Below, one piece after another: positions 58,295 to 64,000 of a stretch of DNA of 64,000 nt (position 1 is the stretch's first letter; every line of letters begins with the position of its first letter). The translations under genes and the position numbers were made by a program. This stretch comes from Dehalococcoidia bacterium (GTDB lineage: Bacteria; Chloroflexota; Dehalococcoidia; DSTF01; JALHUB01). Where the stretch lies: contig JBEKKV010000004.1 in the NCBI GenBank assembly GCA_050010555.1, forward strand, positions 12,266 through 76,265. The letters run 5' to 3'. The notes below the pieces were generated by a model. It was not told the DNA's origin. It worked only from the letters and a program-made list of their open reading frames with translations, and searched no databases.

Positions 58295-58442
58295 CGAAAT
58301 CCCTCTTCCCAATCCAGCGTAGCATGAGTTTCGACAAACCGTCAAACGGCCCGGGATGAGCGACATTCTCGCGATCTCCGCCTCAGATGAACATAATCTT
58401 CGTCCTTTCGACGCCGCGCAGCAGTACAATGGCGATCTGGCA

Positions 58443-61400
58443 ATGTTCTCCCATCTACACGTCCACACCGAGTTCAGCCTGCTAGACGGCCTCGCCCGCG
58501 TGACCGACCTGACGCGTCGCGCCCACGAGCTCGGCCAAGAGGCCATCGCCCTCACCGACCACGGCAACCTCTACGCCGCCATCGACTTCTACAAAGAAGC
58601 CCGCGCTCAGGGCGTCAAGCCGATCATCGGCGTCGAAGCGTACGTCGCGCCGGACTCCCGCCTGAGCCGCGAGCCGAAGGACAAGCAGTCGCGCCACCTG
58701 ACGCTCCTCTGCCGCAACATGGCAGGCTACCGCAACCTGCTGACGCTCGTCACCCGCGCGAACTTGGAGGGCTACTACTACAAGCCGCGGATGGACCGCG
58801 AGCTCCTGCGCGAGCACTCCGAAGGGCTCATTGCCCTGTCCGGCTGCCGCGCCGGCGTCCTCGCCGACCTGCTGCTGTCCGGCCGCTACGAGGAAGCGGT
58901 GGAGGCGGCCCGCTGGCACCAGGAGACGTTCGACCACTACTACCTCGAACTGCAGGAGCACAGCATGCCGGAGCTGACGGAAATCAACCGGCAGCTCGTG
59001 CGGATGTCCCGCGAGACCGGCATCCCGCTGATCGCGACGAACGACGTCCACTACGTGGACCAGGCCGACGCCGCCACGCAGGACATCCTCCTCTGCATCG
59101 GCACCAACTCGTCGCTGCTGGACGAGAAGCGCATCCGCATGCCCGACGACTCCTACTACCTGAGGTCGGAGCAGGAGATGCGCGATCTCTTCCCGGAGAC
59201 GCCGGAGGCCATCGACAACAGCGCCCGCATCGCCGAGATGTGCGACCTCGACCTGCGCTTCGGCGATCTGCACCTGCCGCAGGCGGAGGTCCCGCCCGGC
59301 ATGTCCGCCGACGACTATCTGGCGGAGCTCTGCCGCAGCGGTCTCGCCCAGCGCTACCCGGTCGACGCCGAGGAGCCGCGCCGCCGCCTCGACTACGAGC
59401 TGTCGGTGGTGCGCGAGACCGGCTTCGCCAACTACATTCTCGTCGTCCGCGATTTCGCCCTTTTTGCTCGCGGCCAGGGCATCGCCATGGGTGTCCGCGG
59501 CAGCGCCGCCGCCAGCATCATCCTCTACTGCCTCGGCATCACCGAAATCGATCCGCTCGCTTACCGTCTCGTGTTCGAGCGCTTCCTCAACGTCGAGCGA
59601 CACGAGATGCCCGATATCGACATGGACTTCGCCGACGACCGCCGCGACGAGGTGATCCGCTACGTCGCCGAGAAGTACGGCTACGACCACGTGGCGCAGA
59701 TCATCACGTTCGGCACCATGGGCGCCAAGGCGGCGATCCGCGACGTGGGCCGGGCGCTGGGCATGACCTACGCCGAAGTCGACCGCGTCGCCCGCCTCGT
59801 CCCCAACGCCCTGCACATGACGATCGAACGCGCCCTCTCCGAAAGCGTCGAGATGCGCAGCGTCTACGACCTCGACGACCAGGTGCGGCGCCTCGTCGAT
59901 ACCGCGCAGAAGCTGGAGGGCATCGCCCGCCATGCCAGCACCCACGCCGCCGGCGTCGTCATCTCCGGCGAGCCGCTGGTCCAGCATCTGCCGCTACAAC
60001 GGCCAAGCCGCAGCGCCCGCGCCGGCGAGGCGACGAACGGGGAAGAGAGCGCCATCCCGATGACCCAGTTCGCCATGGAGCAGGTCGCGGAGATAGGCCT
60101 CCTCAAGATGGACTTCCTCGGCCTGGTCAACCTGACGATCCTGGATCAGGCGGTCGATATCGTTCGCGAGTCCCGCGGCGTCGACCTCGACATCAAGGCC
60201 CTGCCCGACGGCGACCGGAAGACCTATGACATGCTTTCGCAGGGCGAGACGTTCGGCGTCTTCCAGCTTGAGAGCCCGGGCATGCGCCGCTACATCCAGG
60301 AGCTGCGCCCGGCCTCCGTCGCCGACCTGGCCGCCATGGTCGCGCTCTACCGCCCCGGCCCCATGCAGCACATCCCAACCTTCTGCGCCGCCAAACACGG
60401 CCGCGCCCGCATCCAGCACCCGCATCCCGACCTGGCGGACGTCCTCGACGAGACGTACGGCGTCATCGTCTATCAGGACCAGGTGCTACTCATCGCCCAG
60501 AAGTTCGCCGGCTACACGCTCGGCGAAGCGGACGTGATGCGTAAGGCGATGGGGAAGAAGATCGCCGCCGTCATGCGGGCGGAGAAGCAGCGCTTCATCG
60601 CCGGCGCCATCGATCGCGGCTATAGCGAGGCGGAAGCGCAGCAGGTCTTCGACCTCATCGAGCCGTTCGCCGGCTACGCCTTCAACAAAGCGCACGCCGT
60701 CTCCTACGCCACCATCGCCTACCAGACCGCCTATCTGAAGGCGAACTACCCGGCGGAATATCTGACGGCCGTCCTCCGGCTCGCCTCCAGCCATCCCGCC
60801 GGCGCCCAGGAGCGCATCGCCGCCGCCGTCGCTGAGTGCGCAAAGCTTGGCATCGCCATCTTGCCGCCGGACGTCAATCACAGCGGCGTAAACTTCCAGA
60901 TCGAGCGCCTCGACGATGGACGTCCGGCGATCCGCTTCGGGCTGGCCGTCATCAAGAACGTCGGAGCCGGCGCCGTCGAAGGACTCATCGCCACTCGCGA
61001 CGAGGGCGGGCCTTTCGCGACCGTCGAAGACCTGTGCCGTCGGGCCGGCCTGCGCAGTCTCAACAAGAGGGCATTGGAGAGCCTGACGAAAGCGGGCGCG
61101 CTCGACAGCCTCGGCGACCGGGGCACGCTTCTCGCCAACCTCGACCGCATCCTCTCGCTCGCTCAGCGCGAGCAGCGGATGCGCGACTCCGGCCAGACGA
61201 CGATGTTCGACCTCTTCGGCCAGAGCGTCAGCACGCCCTTGCCCGGCCTGGAGCTGGAGCCGGCGGAAGCGCCCCGCGCCGAGATGCTGGCCTGGGAAAA
61301 AGAGATGCTCGGCGTCTACGTCTCGGAGCACCCCTTCGCCGGCGCCGCCGCGACGCTCTCGCAACACGTCACCGCCGCCTGCAACGAAGTGACGCTGGAG

Positions 61401-62069
61401 CTCGCCGGCCGCGACGTCGTGCTGGCGGGCATGGTCGCCTCGACGCGCAACCTCCTCACCCGAGACGGCAAAACCTTCTGTGCGGCGACCATCGAGGACC
61501 TTTCCGGCAGCGTGGAAGTCACCGTCTGGCCCGACCTCTTTGAGCAGACCCGCGACCTCTGGGCAGAAGGAAACATCCTCATCCTCCTGGCGCGCATCCG
61601 TGAGCGCGGCGACCGGCTTCAGGTTAGCGCCCAGCAGGTCGCGATCTACCAGACAGGCGGCCCGACCGGGGAGCCGTTCGCCATCCCCGAGTGGATCCGA
61701 CGCGACAGGCCCGCGTCGAACGCCAGGCATGCGCCTCCGAACCGGAGAGGCGGCGGAGCGGCGCCGCACAGCCTGCCGCGTCGAGTCCTCATCGCTCTCA
61801 GAGAGACCCATGACGAGGAGGAGGACAAGCAACGCTTGGCCGGTCTGATGACGGCGCTTGGCGACTTCCCCGGCGGCGACGAGGTCCGTCTCGTCGTGCA
61901 CACGCGCGACAGCCAGCAGGTGGAGCTGTCGCTGCCGCGCGCCCGCGCCTGCGAGGAGCTGTGCGGCCGGCTGGCCACCCTCTTCGGCGACTGCGGCGAG
62001 GTCCGCCTCAGCCTCGCTACCGAAGCGCTAACCGCTGCCGGCACTCCGTCCGGCGGATACGAAGAGTAG
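58443..62069 (+). CDS. dnaE: DNA polymerase III alpha subunit
   Basis: HLHVHTEFSLLDG PHP domain, RGSAA.S, PDIDMDF, KMDFLGL, FNKAHA, OB-fold. Confidence 0.98.
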   Translation: MFSHLHVHTEFSLLDGLARVTDLTRRAHELGQEAIALTDHGNLYAAIDFYKEARAQGVKPIIGVEAYVAPDSRLSREPKDKQSRHLTLLCRNMAGYRNLLTLVTRANLEGYYYKPRMDRELLREHSEGLIALSGCRAGVLADLLLSGRYEEAVEAARWHQETFDHYYLELQEHSMPELTEINRQLVRMSRETGIPLIATNDVHYVDQADAATQDILLCIGTNSSLLDEKRIRMPDDSYYLRSEQEMRDLFPETPEAIDNSARIAEMCDLDLRFGDLHLPQAEVPPGMSADDYLAELCRSGLAQRYPVDAEEPRRRLDYELSVVRETGFANYILVVRDFALFARGQGIAMGVRGSAAASIILYCLGITEIDPLAYRLVFERFLNVERHEMPDIDMDFADDRRDEVIRYVAEKYGYDHVAQIITFGTMGAKAAIRDVGRALGMTYAEVDRVARLVPNALHMTIERALSESVEMRSVYDLDDQVRRLVDTAQKLEGIARHASTHAAGVVISGEPLVQHLPLQRPSRSARAGEATNGEESAIPMTQFAMEQVAEIGLLKMDFLGLVNLTILDQAVDIVRESRGVDLDIKALPDGDRKTYDMLSQGETFGVFQLESPGMRRYIQELRPASVADLAAMVALYRPGPMQHIPTFCAAKHGRARIQHPHPDLADVLDETYGVIVYQDQVLLIAQKFAGYTLGEADVMRKAMGKKIAAVMRAEKQRFIAGAIDRGYSEAEAQQVFDLIEPFAGYAFNKAHAVSYATIAYQTAYLKANYPAEYLTAVLRLASSHPAGAQERIAAAVAECAKLGIAILPPDVNHSGVNFQIERLDDGRPAIRFGLAVIKNVGAGAVEGLIATRDEGGPFATVEDLCRRAGLRSLNKRALESLTKAGALDSLGDRGTLLANLDRILSLAQREQRMRDSGQTTMFDLFGQSVSTPLPGLELEPAEAPRAEMLAWEKEMLGVYVSEHPFAGAAATLSQHVTAACNEVTLELAGRDVVLAGMVASTRNLLTRDGKTFCAATIEDLSGSVEVTVWPDLFEQTRDLWAEGNILILLARIRERGDRLQVSAQQVAIYQTGGPTGEPFAIPEWIRRDRPASNARHAPPNRRGGGAAPHSLPRRVLIALRETHDEEEDKQRLAGLMTALGDFPGGDEVRLVVHTRDSQQVELSLPRARACEELCGRLATLFGDCGEVRLSLATEALTAAGTPSGGYEE

Positions 62070-62165
62070 CTCTAGCCCGACCCGCACTTGCGTCGAAACG
62101 GGCTTTCGGTTATAAAGCTGCTTGCGTGAAGGAAAGAACAAACCCTAATTCAGAGGAGGAGTTAC

Positions 62166-63086
62166 ATGGGTGACAGACTAAAAGGTAGGGTAGCCATCGT
62201 TACGGGCGCCGGTGGTGGAATCGGCCGCGGCGAGGCGCTGGCCCTGGCATCGGAAGGCGCGAACGTCATCATCAACGACGTCGGCGCAGCGCTTGACGGC
62301 AGCGGCAGCAACGCGACTCCCGCCGAGCAGGTCGTCCAGGAGCTCAAGGCGATGGGCGTTCAGGGCGCCGCGAACCACGACAACATCGTCGAGACGGAGA
62401 CCGGCGAGAAGCTCGTCAAGCTGGCGCTAGACAACTGGGGCCGGCTGGACATCATCATCAACAACGCCGGCATCCTCCGCGACCGCATGATCTTCAACAT
62501 GGCGCCCGAGGACTGGGACGCCGTTATAGCCGTCCACCTGCGCGGCCACTACAACCTGTCCAAGCCGGCCTGCGCCTACTTCCGGCAGGAGCGCAAGGGC
62601 GGCGTCATCATCAACACCGCGTCCACCTCCGGCCTCGGCAACCCCGGGCAGGCCAACTACGCAGCCGCCAAGGAAGGCATCGTTGGCTTCACCCGCACGC
62701 TCGCCCGCGAGATGGGACGCTACGGCGTCCGCTGCAACGCCATCCGGCCGCAGGCAGCCACCCGCATGACCCTCAGCCCCGACATGCGTGCTCGCTTCGA
62801 GCGTGCCGGTGAGGCGGGCATGAAGGCTTTGGCAGAGATGGAGAAGCAGGTTCCGGAGCAGGTTGGCCCCATGGTCGCCTGGCTCTGCACCGACGAAGCC
62901 GCGAACGTCAACGGCCGCAACTTCCTCGTGCGCTACGGCTTCATCGGCCTCTACTCTGAGCCGGAGATCGTCGCATCCGTCGAGAACACCGAGAACTGGA
63001 CGGTGGACAGCATCTCCAAGATGATCCCGGAGAGGGTGACAAAGGGCCTCATGAACGAGTGGCCCGCGCAGCCTCCGAAGGAATAA
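62166..63086 (+). CDS. SDR-family oxidoreductase (3-hydroxyacyl-CoA dehydrogenase/FabG-like)
   Basis: TGAGGGIG, NNAGILRD, GN.GQANYAAAK. Confidence 0.93.
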   Translation: MGDRLKGRVAIVTGAGGGIGRGEALALASEGANVIINDVGAALDGSGSNATPAEQVVQELKAMGVQGAANHDNIVETETGEKLVKLALDNWGRLDIIINNAGILRDRMIFNMAPEDWDAVIAVHLRGHYNLSKPACAYFRQERKGGVIINTASTSGLGNPGQANYAAAKEGIVGFTRTLAREMGRYGVRCNAIRPQAATRMTLSPDMRARFERAGEAGMKALAEMEKQVPEQVGPMVAWLCTDEAANVNGRNFLVRYGFIGLYSEPEIVASVENTENWTVDSISKMIPERVTKGLMNEWPAQPPKE

Positions 63087-63109
63087 CTCTCAGACGAATC
63101 GACAGCCGA

Positions 63110-63139
63110 GAAGTGGGCAGCGCTCTTGCTGCCCACTTC
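63110..63139 (+). terminator. Hairpin after SDR gene
   Basis: GAAGTGGGCAGC/GCTGCCCACTTC 12-bp stem. Confidence 0.6.
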
Positions 63140-63222
63140 CCATTTCCCTTGACCCGCCGTCAATGACTTCCTGACTGCCGTGTTGAAGAATCGACTTAGC
63201 GGTCGAAAGGAGGTATGTGCTG

Positions 63223-63531
63223 ATGGCAGGCGAAACCAAGGTCACGACCGATCACGAGGCGATCAGGAAATGGGCCGAAGAGCGCGGCGGACGCCCTTCC
63301 TCGGTGGCACGGACCGCCGGCAGGAACGACGCTGGCCTTCTGCGGATCAACTTCCCCGGCTACGGCACCGAGGGCTCGCTGCAGGTGGTCTCCTGGGACG
63401 AGTTCTTCCGCAAGTTCGACGAGAAGAATCTGGCGTTTCTCTACCAGGACCAGACCCGCGACGGCAGGGAGAGCCGCTTCTTCAAGTTCGTCCGGCGCGA
63501 CCAGGCGAACCGACGCGGCCGGGCGGCCTGA
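63223..63531 (+). CDS. Conserved small hypothetical protein
   Basis: AAGGAGG RBS; TTDH..IR.WAEERGG.P, LRI.FPG, SWDEFF.KF.E..LAFLYQ, SRF.KFV pattern of a widespread uncharacterised family. Confidence 0.8.
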   Translation: MAGETKVTTDHEAIRKWAEERGGRPSSVARTAGRNDAGLLRINFPGYGTEGSLQVVSWDEFFRKFDEKNLAFLYQDQTRDGRESRFFKFVRRDQANRRGRAA

Positions 63532-63570
63532 CCGCGAACCAGCGGGTCGAAGGCGTCGAGAACGCTCGTC

Positions 63571-63993
63571 CTAGCGCGCTGCGACGCTGAGGGATGACTT
63601 AAGCTTGTTCTCTACGTCGGCCGGCGTGAAGCACACCACCTGATAGCTCCCGGCAGCCTGGACCTGGAACGGGAAGATGAACTTGCCGGGTATCGGCGTC
63701 GCGTCCGGCCGAGCCTGCGGCGAACCGGGCACGACATCCGAGCCAATCGTCTGCACGACCTCGCTGTTCTGATCGAGGTCGCATTCCACGTCAATGTTCA
63801 CGGGATACGTCTGCTGGTAATCCAACTCCACCTGCAGCGGCTGGCCCGCCGCCGGCGTGCCGATGACACGCATCGCGGCCAGAGGTTGCTGATACTTGGC
63901 GTCACTGCCGATGCCGGTGCGGATGCCGCAACCGCCGGCCACGAGACCCAAGCCCAACGAGGCGAGGAGAACAGACCACCTAATAGAGAACAT
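63571..63993 (-). CDS. Putative lipoprotein
   Basis: Signal peptide with lipobox AGGC; beta-rich mature part with two Cys. Confidence 0.65.
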   Translation of the reverse strand: MFSIRWSVLLASLGLGLVAGGCGIRTGIGSDAKYQQPLAAMRVIGTPAAGQPLQVELDYQQTYPVNIDVECDLDQNSEVVQTIGSDVVPGSPQARPDATPIPGKFIFPFQVQAAGSYQVVCFTPADVENKLKSSLSVAAR

Positions 63994-64000
63994 GTCGATT

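Noticed and set aside
58443-62069. Intein in DnaE
   Set aside because: Length is normal and no C...HN splice motifs or large insert are seen

Overview
High-GC bacterial chromosome segment, most consistent with a monoderm Chloroflexota, probably Dehalococcoidia-like (inferred from RpoB/RpoC insertions, rpoBC uncoupled from rplL, PT-rich exported proteins and lack of outer-membrane export genes). 1-14.7 kb (minus strand): Wzx/Wzy-type exopolysaccharide operon with many decorating enzymes, preceded by a secreted glycoside-hydrolase-like/CBM60 protein. 15.4-24.6 kb (plus strand): MarR regulator and an mvhD'-metF-hdrC-hdrB-hdrA(L)-mvhD-metV cluster, a putative flavin-based electron-bifurcating methylene-THF reductase whose HdrA carries a GltD-like NAD(P)H module. 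24.6-32.3 kb: MgtE-CBS/Nramp transporter behind a structured leader, larBC, two paralogous lipoproteins, radC and a Zn-finger/LysM protein. 32.3-64 kb: core genes (rplLJAK, nusG, secE, rpmG, tuf, 3 tRNAs, cysSE, ispFD, yacL, radical SAM, rpoCB, cobO, htrA, sppA, thrB, lysC, nfu, dnaE, SDR). No transposase, integrase, prophage or CRISPR array was seen. The most promising leads are the atypical Hdr-MetFV complex and several unannotated cis-regulatory leaders and small ORFs. All family calls come from motif recognition by eye; no searches were run.
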